This document shows positions 26,601 through 38,898 of a DNA stretch of 64,000 nt, piece by piece (positions within the stretch are counted from its first letter, which is position 1; each line of letters begins with the position of its first letter). The DNA is from Torpedo marmorata (lineage: Eukaryota). Both the position numbers and the translations under genes were made by a program. The DNA lies in assembly GCA_977017645.1 (NCBI GenBank), contig OZ360220.1, positions 157,108,001 through 157,172,000 on the forward strand, written 5' to 3'. The notes under the pieces were generated by a model. It was not told where the DNA came from. It made no database searches and worked only from the letters and a program-made list of their open reading frames with translations.

Positions 26601-29600
26601 CGCCTCGGTTTAAATTAGGATCTGAAATTTGACAACTGTTTTCATTTTCTCTCTGGTTTGAGAGAGATTTAGACATCAATAGAACTTCACATTTTCGCTC
26701 ATTTAAAAAAAATCAGATGATTGACGTTTTAAGAAAACGGCCAAGGCCAGCCTAACAACTCAAAGTATATATCGGAATATCATGCGATACGAACCGCAGC
26801 TCTCGTTGCTTGTAAAATAAATTACTGAGTGGTATCTCTTCCTTGAATTGAATAGAGATGGGAATGGCACATCCACCGCCAATATCAATCTGTGAAATGA
26901 ACTTGTTCGCACCTCCAACCTCGTGTACTGTGAAATGTTCACCGACCTTTACTGCAAGCTGTTGTTTGGGAAGCAACTTTATTCGTGGTGGAACTGTCAG
27001 CCCATTGGTTAATTTGGCCCGTTTAAGGCCGAAATAGATATTACAGGGGGCACGGGTGGACATTGTCAGATGTACTCAGTATTGGAAAATGTCTCGTCAG
27101 CTGACGATGTCTGATCCTAGATGTGAACACAGTTTGCTGTAGTTGCTGGTCCCTGTTGTACAACAGATTAATCATTATTTCATCCTGACTGACATCTGTT
27201 GACCAATTGTTACCTCTCTACCCTAACAAGGCGACTGGACTGATAAAACAGTTCAAGCATATTGGACCTTACAATCATTAGTTACTTTAGTTAATCAATT
27301 GGGAAGACGTGACCGGTCAAGCCATTAATACCCAATAAACCAGAATAATTAATACTGTCTGTTAACATTGCGAGGGTGAGAGGGTCAGCTCTACCGAACA
27401 CAACTGTGCCAGTGATAGATTTAAGTTTGGATGCTAGCCAATGGGAAGCTATAGGTAGTCCATGGAATTAGACACGAGGGATTTGAGCAAAACCCAAAAC
27501 ATTTATTGCTGGGAAGGAATAACGTTGCGATATGAAATAGATATGAGCTGTTTGAATTAATGATGGTTCAAATCCTGATGTTATGTACTGGCAAACGTCG
27601 AGGAAAGATATTCAGAAGTTACTTCCAACCACAGATTGGTGGGGTCGGCGTGGTGGGAACAAACCTTGTGAAAAGGCAAACAGGATGTCGTCTAAAACTA
27701 CAGTGATGGGAAGCATTTTGTAAATATTTGTATTGCTTAATTTGCATTAAGACACCTAGTTTATTCTGCACCTGCCCCACGTGTTCTGATAAAAGGCGTC
27801 ATTTATTACAACCCGAGACCTTTCTCCTTGGTGTAAGTGAAACCAGTACTAATACAAATTAAAATAATCTCTCAACATTAAGAGGTACGTGTGATGCTGA
27901 AAAACACTATTCTTACCATTTCCAGTTTCTGGCGATAATTTCGCCATGTCAGTGGATAGATTTAAATTTTGTTAGATTGGGTTTTTTTGGGGGGTGGGAT
28001 CTTTATGATCTATTGAAACATTACAGCACGTGTGAAATATTTATATGTGTGGAATATAAATATTAACCAATGCAAATAGTCTTCCACTGTTTTTGTATAT
28101 TAATACTACAATTAAACTATTACTCGCTGGGGAGGTGTCCATACGAAGAACAACTTTCTGGCTGATTAAGTGCTTTACAATCATACTTGATCATTCATGA
28201 CGATGAATGGGTGTCTTTCCGATCTATCAACACACGAATGCAAGCTGTCAGCAATTGGCGTGTCTTATGTTGTCTGATAATTTGATCTATGGTGTACACT
28301 TTAGTCATGACATCAATTCATTCCGCGCTTGATTCATTAATGCGGTCTTATGGATCAATCTGATATTTAGGTTAGCTATCCAGTATCCTTGGCTTCTTGG
28401 ACCCAAACCTCTTGTTCTAATTACTTACTAGAACTGTGTTCTAGATATATTAGCAGTTTGTTTTTCCCTCGCCCATTTAATGTGAACCTTGCAAACGGTC
28501 TTCATGCTCAAAGCCTACAAATCGTACTCTGAAGGTTAACGGGATTGTCCCCGTTTTCTGTAATTTGGAAATTATCAGGCGGACAAACGAGGGATCACCT
28601 TTTACACTATAAAATTCATATTGCCGACGAGCGTTTAATAAAACACTCGAAACATGATTTAGTGCAATTTTATGAACAACTAATAAATGATGGAAATCTG
28701 ACAAATGGGCTCTTATCTTGACCAACTTGGCCACACCTGAGCTGGTTCATGAATCAGCGTTGGCAAAATCTGAGCATGCGGGATAAAGTTAGTACTGGCG
28801 AAATTAAAGCCAATTATTTGGTTGTACACTACTTGTCTTTCAAGTTAATTGCGTCCTTCCATACGAGGTCTACTCTGGACAACAATAACACCCTGGAACC
28901 GTCCGCCACCACTGCCCCACCCCCTCGATATACTTGTCCATCTATTTGTAGACATATGTGCATAACTTAAATAAAAAGTGAAAACAGACTTTTACACTCT
29001 ACTTTATATAATTTAGAATGTCACAACTCAGAGGTCATCATTGCGCTGAATATCCCGATATGTAGTGTAAAAATATCCAGACATTGTTCAGGCTTGATCA
29101 GAATTTCTTTGAAACATCAACTTATAATTCAGTAAGAAATATCAGCTCGAAGTTGGTAAATAAAATTCCTGCAAAATAAGCCTGTACATTCAGAGGAGCT
29201 TGCAAAAACCATGTGTTATCTTACAAAGACTGATTTTTTTTGTTGCATAGGGTCAGGTTTAGGTATTCATAGATTGTATCCAACAGTGCAACATTAGATC
29301 TCAGATTAAACCCTCAGCAATTAAACATTTCAAAATCCGAGAGAGTACAAAAACAGTCTAGTATTAATTGGCGGTAGGCACACTCTTGTAATGTTATTTC
29401 GGGCTACATGTGACCACATTTTATACATTAGCCAACTTAATTTCAAAATCTGGGATGAATAATCACAGTAGATCGTAGTATTTATAACGTTACTTTATTT
29501 TAACATAATTTTCACTAGGAAGTGTCCAGCGGACATCCTATGAAACCATTTGCTTTCCTTTTATTCTCGTTTTATTATCATTTTGACCAGACCGTGTGAC

Positions 29601-32600
29601 AAGCATAACAAATGTGACTTAAACAGATCACAAAACGTGGGCATTAAAGGCCAGAAATATGGATATAGCTTTGTTGAGGAGCTGAACCACACGAGGGAGG
29701 CGTGTAGTGTGATGAGCCCTGACAGTATAAATGGCATTACTAATACTGGAAAACGCTATTGGAGTAAGTCAAACTATCGGGAAGCGACATTTGGATAATT
29801 AGCCACCAATGAACAGTCCATCAAATGAGTAGAAAAACGGGACAAAAAAACCCTCAGTGGTGCTCCAAAACAAAAGAATCCTCAGTCAGGCAGGCACGGG
29901 ATTAACCGTTCCAAAGCGATATGGCTGTTGTTCTATTTGTAAAGGCTGGTCCCCAATACACCCACAGATTTAAACTACCTTTTACAATTTTATTCAACCC
30001 TCACACAACAAGCATTTGTCACAATACTTCGAATCGCACTTCTGACAATATTTTACGCGTCTATTTTTGCCTTCATGGAAAACGCACATGATAAATGTAA
30101 AACCAGTGCCAAGGAGTGAGCATTATCCTTAACAGTGGCGGTCATATATTTTCATGCTACTGCAATTACTATTTACAATTTCCCGTCTAGTGTCTAAGTC
30201 TGGTTCATGCTGCTAAGGATTAAAATCAATAACCTTAAAGCGTCCACGGATCTACATAATAAAACACCAACTGCTTAAAGATCGGCCTCGGCTTACACGG
30301 GCCCTATGCAAATTAAAACATGCAGAATGCTTAATTGAATAAATACATATTTAATACATGCGCATTTTATCAGGGCATCATAGCGTCTAGAATGTTTGGT
30401 TTATACATTATACATCATTCTTGTACACAGGATGTCTGCAGGCGTGTATGAAATATGATATTGCAACATTCACAAACGATTAATGCATCAATCAAGCATA
30501 AATTAATCAGTGTGCTAAATTTTCACACTAATAAATTTGCAGTTGATTCCAACAAGATTATGCCACCATTGGATAAATCATGCCTTACCGCCGGCCAGTT
30601 TCTCCCTCTGCAGTGACACTTCCAGACCTGGTCCCTTCTCGAGTCTGTAACCTGATTGTTTACGAACAATTGGCCTATCTGTATTCGATCGCCACTAGCC
30701 CAGAGACAACACCATATACAGCTGTGATCTACAGCCCCACTCCCTTTATAATCCTGGTGTATATCTGACCTCTGACCCACCTGCATCGTCAGGCTCCGCG
30801 GTTGCATTAATTCTTCATCCATTTCTGAACTTTTTGTTGTTGAGTATCGGATGACTTTTCCTGTTAAACATGTCTATGACAATCACTTTTGATCAAGATC
30901 TGAGAATGCCAACCACAACATACTTCGCCTTCGTCAGATTTTCGGTCACACCAGACATTGCAACCGAGTTCAGTTTAGTGGTCGCGAATTCTTTGACAAA
31001 GGAGAGGTGAAGATTTTATAATCCGTTCTAATTAATCTTAAAAGTCTAACAACACCTTTGACGAGCTCCGCATAGTTTGAAAAATATATCGTAAGAATAG
31101 GATGGGAGAAGGTTGTATAAAATGTTACTGATATAAAGAGCACTTCTTTCGGAATAATTGATGTACCGTGACCGTCACACTGTCTCGAGGTTGCAAAGGA
31201 CCCCATGCACCGCCCGTTTAATAAGTTCAAGACATGCCCTTTTCCTTTATTTTCCCTTAGTCTTACTCAGTGGAAATAAAATCCTTCCGATGAAGTGCTA
31301 TACCGGAAACGAATAAGTAGTCTTCCACGTCGGGTTACGTCTATTAGCAGGAAACTCCTGTTCGTCCGCTCTAACTAATGGTTTTGATTAGCTTTTACAG
31401 CGAGCCACCTCGTCTAACAGAACCCATTGAAAGCCCAGCGCCTCTCCCATATAACGGCACTTACTTGAGGACAAATACACTGTTGTAGATGACAAAATAT
31501 CGCCTTTGCTTAAAAAAAAGAATTCGCAAACTTGCGATGGAACAGTGGGGGTAAAGGGGGCATCTTCCTGTGAGTTTTAAGCATTGGGTGGAGGGGGGAA
31601 GATAGAACAGAGCAGGTAACTGTTGATAAAAGGAACGGCTGAATGTTCCTATTAACGCGCAACACTTGATGGGCGAATGGGTTTTCCTTTGGGGTTTTGT
31701 AATTGGTATTGGTTCTTAAATCTTGTAACAGTTTTTATTTTATTTACTCAATTAGATTATTTTTCGCCTTCGTTTTAAATACGGGCTGTCACAATCCACA
31801 TTTTCAGAATGTAAATGACGCTTCATGTGTCGCTTTATCCAACATAGCCTTTCCCAAAGTTCTGTGAAGTGTCATTATTTTGAAAACAGTCTGTTTGTAG
31901 GTGACAAGAATGGTAAACACCCTTCTGCATTTACATTATTCATATTACATGAACCCACTTAAAGTCGCAACGTATGACAGCGCTGTAGCAGTAATGTTGG
32001 AGAACAGTTCAATGCCCACACTGTGTTTTACCTGTATCCATCCAAAATTAGCATACATCATGTAGCGGGACTCTGCGGTTTAAATTACCACTGGCTCTCC
32101 TGTGTAGGAGCTGATGACTCTGAATCTTCCACATGATATATTAAAAATGACATTATAATGATTGACATTTTCTGAAATCCTTGCTTGAAATTCATAAATT
32201 GCAAAACAGTATACCGCTCGGTACACTAGTATATGCAGTCGGAGATATGCGTTAATTTTTAACAGAAATGAATACACTATTTACGCATCGTTGCCGTATC
32301 TTAAACGGTCGCCAAAATTCAATTTGAGATACAAATTTTATATGTCACATATTGATAACCTATTTCAAAACTATATTCCCTAATTATTTAACAATAGCTT
32401 GTTTAATTTTCTTCTCCCTTTGCTGTACTGGAACATTGCATTAAAAACATTTCATACACGAAATTACAGACAGAATTATACTAATAATATGTAACATTTG
32501 CTGTTTGTGGAATGTTTAATTTATACAACGCGTAATCGCTGTTGTCCTGCATTTAATTGGACTTACAATTGCCAATAGCGAGATGTTAATCAAAATAAAT

Positions 32601-32761
32601 TGGTGTTAAACAGTAAATCATTAAATCTGTATTGCAATGTAAGTGTAACTAATGTGTTTTGACTTAAAGCAACTGAATGCAAATAATGAATCTGTCACTG
32701 AGGATGTGCTCATTAAACAAAGCTGGGTACACCAGGGTCTGTCAGAAAGGAATTACATCAT

Positions 32762-32764
<3 letters not shown>

Positions 32765-32809
<45 letters not shown>

Positions 32810-32870
32810 GGAAGGGGTGTAGGGATGTATTAACATAAAGGTGTGTATGTGTGTGTTTATATACAGTATA

Positions 32871-32905
<35 letters not shown>

Positions 32906-33003
32906 ATGTTTTATGTATACATTGGAGCAGAAATCGGCTATTTAGCCCATACAGTATAAATATATATATATGTGTGTGTGTGTGTATGTATATGTATATA
33001 TAG

Positions 33004-33035
<32 letters not shown>

Positions 33036-33055
33036 CTCGAGAGAAATAAAGAGAG
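32765..33055. repeat. Compound (TG)n/(TA)n microsatellite cluster
   Basis: Directly visible. Confidence 0.92.
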
Positions 33056-35094
33056 AGCTATTTTAAAAGCCAACGTTAAAGAAATTGAAAACAGCAGGAA
33101 ATGAGGTGAATTGTTTCTTTAAAAGATTGGAGGATTAGCATATTAACTAGAGGGAGATTTCTGAAATTCACGTTGTATCTGAATTTGCATTAAATTTAAT
33201 AGCCGATGACAACGTAGAATTACGGGCAGTATTATGATTTTTCTCCTTGTATAGAAGAACCAGTTTCTGCCGAACTAGTCTCTCATACCATTATCAGCTC
33301 TGGTAACGGGTCAGTTCAGGAGCCAGTTTGTAAACCGCCCAGTTCCGAAATCACTACACAAACTGACAACCTCAACTGCACTTTTCCCCCCTCAACCTGC
33401 AGGGAGTAGGAGGAGTTTCATTTTAATTAAGTATTATCCCCCATGAACCGGCGACATTGAAATTACAATCAGGTTGCCGGGCGATCCATACATTTTGTTT
33501 CCACCGATTAAATTGTCACCGATGGACGGAAACATTTTCAGAGCTCTAAACAGATTTTAAAAGACAAATCAGCGCAGTCCACCAGGTCACAGAGGATTTT
33601 ACAACGCGACTTCAGATTCTGAGGTTGTACAATTTATAATGAAAATGTGCCGGAACATCTCCACCATTCAACCACCTTCATTTACCTATCGACCGTGTAT
33701 ATCAGTGTCTTTCTCTATTTTCTGCGACCTCACCCATTCGTCAATAGTTTTTTTTTTCTTTCTGTCAGACTTGCAATAGCTGGCCAATATCTACATTTGT
33801 ATTGTCACCAGAATCTTTCCGCGCCCTGGCAAATCGTTTGTAACTGCTCCGAAATGTACGTTTGCAACTTGCAACTAGTGGGTAACCTTTTTACTTTTCT
33901 CACATCCCGACTTTTGGCACTTTTTAGGATGGATTTCTCAAGATGGATAACTTCCATTATTTTGAGAGAATGTTTATCACATAATTTGTTAAGAAGTTAT
34001 TGATAATTCAGATGCACCTTTGACATCCAGCGTGTCCTCAGATGAGCAATTATCTGGAAACAGCAAATATAACTCATTCAATCCCTTATTTTCTTCATTA
34101 ACACGGATATTCATGTGTGGAAACAAACCGCTGAACGGCTTTGTGTCAACCTGATGGGATGCGTCAAATGAACACGCGCGTTAACTCTTAGTCAACAAGT
34201 TGAACGTACGAACATGGTTTTCGTGTTAAATGTTGCCCTTTTTGTGCCGTTTCTGGGAACTAAGAATGAGGCTGTGAATAGTCCTGCCTGCGATCCAACG
34301 CCCATTTTCCATTTAGGAAGGACAAAACAAAATTCACGTTTCCATCGATAAGTTTTTCTTAATCTGTTTTTCTTTTCATGTTTTTACACACTATTAATGT
34401 CTGTCCAACTTTACAAGCCTTTCGATTTGAAATATTTTTCTCTCGTTTCTTCGTTATTTTCCACACTCCAGACTGGATGCACTTCAAGAAGTACTTCGCT
34501 GGGTGTGAGACTATTTTTTCTGGGTGAGGCGCTACAGAAACTCAAGTTCTGCTTTTTCAATACTTCCTAATTGGCATTGTTTCTTTGTTGGTCTTCACCG
34601 CTTCTTGTTCGCCCCTCTGTTCTCGTGTCCATCGGTTCTTCCCCAACGAGGGAGTTGGCATGAATTGGCTTCACTTACTAACTTGATGTGCACAGGGCAC
34701 AACTGAGCAAAAACTCAAATCACCCCAGTTCAGATCACCTGAATAAGTCCCGGTGTGACTAACCTGGCGTATCCCATTCATTGTGAACCACAAGGCCGAT
34801 AACACAACTCGCCTTTCCTAAACTGACCCAATCCCCACCACCACACATAAACCACTGGTATAGCATTGGGTTATGATGCTCTTTATAAATCCGCCCCATG
34901 GATATCTTTAAAAAGGGATCAGACGCTAAACGTTGATTGACCATTGCTACCTCCGGATGCTGTCTCACCTGCTGAGTTCCTCCAGCATCTGCAGTCTTTG
35001 TATTTCTCAATGGTTATCAGTGATCACTTTGGTTTTGTTACCAATCTCACACTTTCACTGGCTCTATGTAACCCACGTTATCTTGGTTCTGAAT

Positions 35095-35469
35095 AAGTGA
35101 TTTTCAAACTTCCCCCCTAAACTCACATTCCACCTTAAGTAATCCCTATGCCATAAGTGCTCTGTGATTGATAAGGGATTGCTTAAGGTGGTATGTGAGT
35201 GGGAAGGGAAGGTTGAGAACCATTGCTTTAGACCTAATTGTTACTGAAATATTTTGCTTGAGAAAAATTGTCATTGGCCCATTTCCTTTGGAATTATGAA
35301 ACCGTGCACACAACGAGTCAATTAGGTACAATTAAACCAATGGTTTGCAAACCTTTTTCTTTCCACTCACATACCACCTTAAGCAATCCCTTGCTAATCA
35401 CAGAGCACTTACGGCATAGGGACTGCTTAAGGTGGAATGTGAGTTTAGGGGGCAGTTTGAAAACCACTA
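35095..35469. mobile_element. Composite hAT-type MITE: two ~130-bp palindromic units in inverted orientation around a ~112-bp spacer
   Basis: 35095-35225 is approximately the reverse complement of 35338-35469. Each unit has Charlie/MER5-like ends (agtgattttcaaac...ggttgagaaccattg) and internal self-complementarity (ctcacattccaccttaag / cttaaggtggtatgtgag). Confidence 0.75.
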
Positions 35470-35534
35470 TTTAGTTGTTTTGTATGAACCTAAATGCAGA
35501 CCGGCCGAAGAAGTAACAAGGTAAACATCCCCAC

Positions 35535-36062
35535 TTGTATGGTATGGGGACACCAATGCCTCTGAACGGAAAGCCCTGCAAAAGGTAGTGGACACAGCCC
35601 TGTACATCACAGGTAAAACTCTCCCCACCATCGAGAAAATCTACATGGAACCTTGCTTCGAAGAGCATCAGCAATCATCAAGGATCCACACCACCCAGCA
35701 CACGCTCTATTCTCGCTGCAGCCATCAGAAAAGAGGTATAGGTGCCAGAAGACTCGTACCACCAGGTTGAGGAACAGTTGCTCCCCTCCACCATCAGACT
35801 CCTAAACAACAGACTCAATCAGAGACTCATTTAGGGACTCGTACTTTGCACTTTATTTATTACTGAATATTTATTTTTTCTGTATTTGCAGAGTCAGATT
35901 GTTTACATTTCTGTTTTCGTTTACGTTTTTCTCTTTTGTGTACGTATCTTTTCTTGTGTACAATTTATACCACCGATAACTGCCTGGCCTGCAGGAAAAA
36001 GAATCTCAGGGTTGTATGTGGTGTGATATATGTACTCTGACAATATATTTGAACTTGAACTT
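35535..36062 (+). mobile_element. Older Rex1/Babar-like LINE 3' fragment with (TTGAAC)n tail
   Basis: Degenerate homology to the C-terminus of the 43-44 kb element (LQKVVDTA..ITG..LPTIE.IY; DPHHP.HALF) and tail ttgaacttgaactt. Confidence 0.7.
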
Positions 36063-37176
36063 GTTAGCCCCAGAGCAAATAAATGCGAATTTATTGTCAT
36101 ATACATAAGCACATTTGTATAGATGCAGTGAAAATCTTCCTTGCTGCAGTTTCCCAGGTACATAAAACACACTGACAACAATTTTATAACGATCACGCAA
36201 AACGCTACGAAGAGAAAAAAAAGGATAATAAATGTAAAAGAAAAAGAAGAGAAACCGTAAATAATAAACATTCACAGTTGGCCGGTCGTGCAAAATATAA
36301 ATTGTATCAGTATTGCAGGCCGATCCTTTGTGGACATGGAGTAATGCTACAGTTCAGGTGATACGGGAAGGTTCAAGAGACTGATGGCTGAGAGAAAGTC
36401 AACCTGAAAATAATTGTGCATCTTTGTCTGGGCGGTTGCGCCGGGACTCTTATGGAACGATATTCACTCCTTTACATCCAATTTTCCATCTGCCGAGTTC
36501 ATTTCTTGGGTGACATGGCCCTTGAGGCAATGGTTGGAGGATCGCAATGCCGGGCATGATGGTATTGATGGAGACATTGGGGAGAGATTCTGCCTATTTT
36601 ATTCTGAACTTGGCCGAGGTATCCTGCATCCGGAGGCTTGTTAGTGCTCTCCACCTGTGAAATAATTTTGGATTCCATTTTTAATTTAACGCTTCTTTCC
36701 CCACAGTGGTAATTTGTACTAAAATATGAAGTCCGCCAGATCTTCTTCGCTCTTCTTCACAGATCGCCAGGAGCGAAGCCCAACTCAGCTGGTGATGAGT
36801 AATGAGAAACTGGAGGGACTTGGCGGGTCAGGCAGCGCCCATGGGGAGAAGTGGTCATTCAGCGTTTCTCTCCATGGATGCTGCCTGACCCTCTGAGTAC
36901 TCCAGCCATTGATAGAATCTGAGTTGTTAGCTGTCCCACTCGCCTGCGTATCTTCTTTCAGTGAGATTTCATTTTATTTTACATTTTAATCAGAGAGAAT
37001 TTAAAGTTCCAATGACTTCTAAATCTCTCTCAACCAGTGGTAAAATAAAGACCCGACAAATATTCGTTAAATTTCAGTTATAATTTAAACCGAGGTGACA
37101 GTGTCGGTAGTAAAAAACACAAATGCTGGAGAAACTCAGCAGGTCAAACGGTGTCTTTTATGTAGCAAAGGTAGAA

Positions 37177-37220
37177 ATACATAACCGACGTTTCGGGCTT
37201 GAGCCCTTCATCAAAGTATG
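37177..37220 (-). ncRNA. Minimal type I hammerhead-ribozyme-like motif (left arm)
   Basis: Minus strand reads TTGATGA-A-GGGC-TCAA-GCCC-GAAA-C-GTCG-G-TT. Minimal hammerheads in Penelope-like termini are established knowledge. Confidence 0.7.
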
Positions 37221-37405
37221 AGAAAATGCCGGCAGGCGTCCGAACAAAAGAATGAGGGGGGAAGGGGGATGGCAAAGGCAGGAGATGATAGGTGGAGAAA
37301 GGAGGGAGGGGACAGCAGCAAAGAGGGGGAGGAGGGATGGCTAGGTAGCTGGAGAAAAACAGGAAGGACAGGTGAGGGGGGAGGGGAAGGGAAGGACAAG
37401 CAGGT

Positions 37406-38074
37406 TTAGTGGAAAGCAGAAAAGTCAATGTTAATGCCATCTGGCTGGAGAGTGCCGAGGCGGAATATGAGATGTTGTTCCTCCAATTTGCGGGTAGTCT
37501 GGGTGGGATAGTACATGAGGCCATGGACAGACATGTGAGTGTGGGAGTGTGACCCGGAATTGAAATGGTTGGCTACTGGGAGGTCGCTGTTGTTGTGGAC
37601 GGAGAGGAGGTGCTCAGCAAAGCGGTCTCCCAATCTACGACCGGTCTCTCCAATGTAGAGAAAGCCACAAAGGGAGCACTGGATGCAGTAAATAAGTTCT
37701 CTGGATGTACAAGTGAAGTGTAGTTTCACTTGAAAGGCCTGTTTGGGGCCGTGGACCGTGGTGAGGGGGGAGGTGTGGGCGCAGGTGTTGCACCTCCTGC
37801 GGGCACAGGGGAAGGTGCCGGGGGTGCGATGGGTGGGGAGGGATGAGTGCATGAGTGAGTCACGGAGGGAGCGGTCCCTACGGAAGGCCAAGAGGGGAGG
37901 AGAAGGAAAAATGTGTCTGGTGGTGGGATCCTGTAGTAAGTGCCGGAAATTCCGGCGGATAATGTGTTGGATGCGGAGGCTGGTGGGGTGGTAGGTGAGG
38001 ATGAGGGGGATTCTATGTTTGTTGCATCGAGCCCCCTCGGCCCCCAGACGCAACAAACATAGAATCCCCCTCAT
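37406..38074 (-). CDS. Penelope-type GIY-YIG endonuclease ORF (222 aa from ATG; left arm; no RT domain)
   Basis: IPLILTYHP linker, CxRxxCxxC motif, LIYCIQCSLCGFLYIGETGRRLGDRFAEH...NHF...RKLEEQHLIFRLGTLQPDGIN. The frame is open; expression unknown. Confidence 0.7.
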   Translation of the reverse strand: MRGILCLLRLGAEGARCNKHRIPLILTYHPTSLRIQHIIRRNFRHLLQDPTTRHIFPSPPLLAFRRDRSLRDSLMHSSLPTHRTPGTFPCARRRCNTCAHTSPLTTVHGPKQAFQVKLHFTCTSRELIYCIQCSLCGFLYIGETGRRLGDRFAEHLLSVHNNSDLPVANHFNSGSHSHTHMSVHGLMYYPTQTTRKLEEQHLIFRLGTLQPDGINIDFSAFH

Positions 38075-38669
38075 CCTCACCTACCACCCCACCAGCCTCC
38101 GCATCCAACACATTATCCGCCTGAATTTCCGGCACTTACTACAGGATCCCACCACCAGACACATTTTTCCTTCTCCTCCCCTCTCGGCCTTCCGTAGGGA
38201 CCGCTCCCTCCGCGACTCACTCATGCACTCATCCCTCCCCACCCATCGCACCCCCGGCACCTTCCCCTGTGCCCGCAGGAGGTGCAACACCTGCGCCCAC
38301 ACCTCCCCCCTCAGCACGGTCCAGGGCCCCAAACAGGCCTTCCAAGTGAAACTACACTTCACTTGTACATCCAGAGAACTTATTTACTGCATCCAGTGCT
38401 CCCTTTGTGGCTTTCTCTACATTGGAGAGACCGGTCGTAGATTGGGAGACCACTTTGCTGAGCACCTCCTCTCCGTCTGCAACAACAGCGACCTCCCAGT
38501 AGCCAACCATTTCAATTCCGGGTCACACTCCCACACTCACATGTCTGTCCATGGCCTCATGTACTATCCCACCCAGACTACCCGCAAATTGGAGGAACAA
38601 CATCTCATTTTCCGTCTGGGCACTCTCCAGCCAGATGGCATTAACATTGACTTTTCTGCTTTCCACTAA
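38001..38669 (+). CDS. Penelope-type GIY-YIG endonuclease ORF (222 aa from ATG; right arm; conserved Arg changed to His)
   Basis: Mirror of the left-arm ORF; LGDHFAEH instead of LGDRFAEH. Expression unknown. Confidence 0.65.
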   Translation: MRGILCLLHRAPSAPRRNKHRIPLILTYHPTSLRIQHIIRLNFRHLLQDPTTRHIFPSPPLSAFRRDRSLRDSLMHSSLPTHRTPGTFPCARRRCNTCAHTSPLSTVQGPKQAFQVKLHFTCTSRELIYCIQCSLCGFLYIGETGRRLGDHFAEHLLSVCNNSDLPVANHFNSGSHSHTHMSVHGLMYYPTQTTRKLEEQHLIFRLGTLQPDGINIDFSAFH

Positions 38670-38854
38670 ACCTGCTTGTCCTTCCCTTCCCCTCCCCCCT
38701 CACCTGTCCTTCCTGTTTTTCTCCAGCTACCGAGCCATTCCTCCTCCCCCTCTTTGCTGCTGTCCCCTCCCTCCTTTCTCCACCTATCATCTCCTGCCTT
38801 TGCCATCCCCCTTCCCCCCTCACTCTTTTGTTCGGACGCCTGCCGGCATTTTCT

Positions 38855-38898
38855 CATACTTTGATGAAGGGCTCAAGCCCGAAACGTCGGTTATGTAT
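38855..38898 (+). ncRNA. Minimal type I hammerhead-ribozyme-like motif (right arm)
   Basis: ttgatga a gggc tcaa gccc gaaa c gtcg g tt at 38861-38892. C3U core variant, extra A before stem II, short stem III, imperfect stem I (atac.t / a.t.gtat). Confidence 0.7.
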
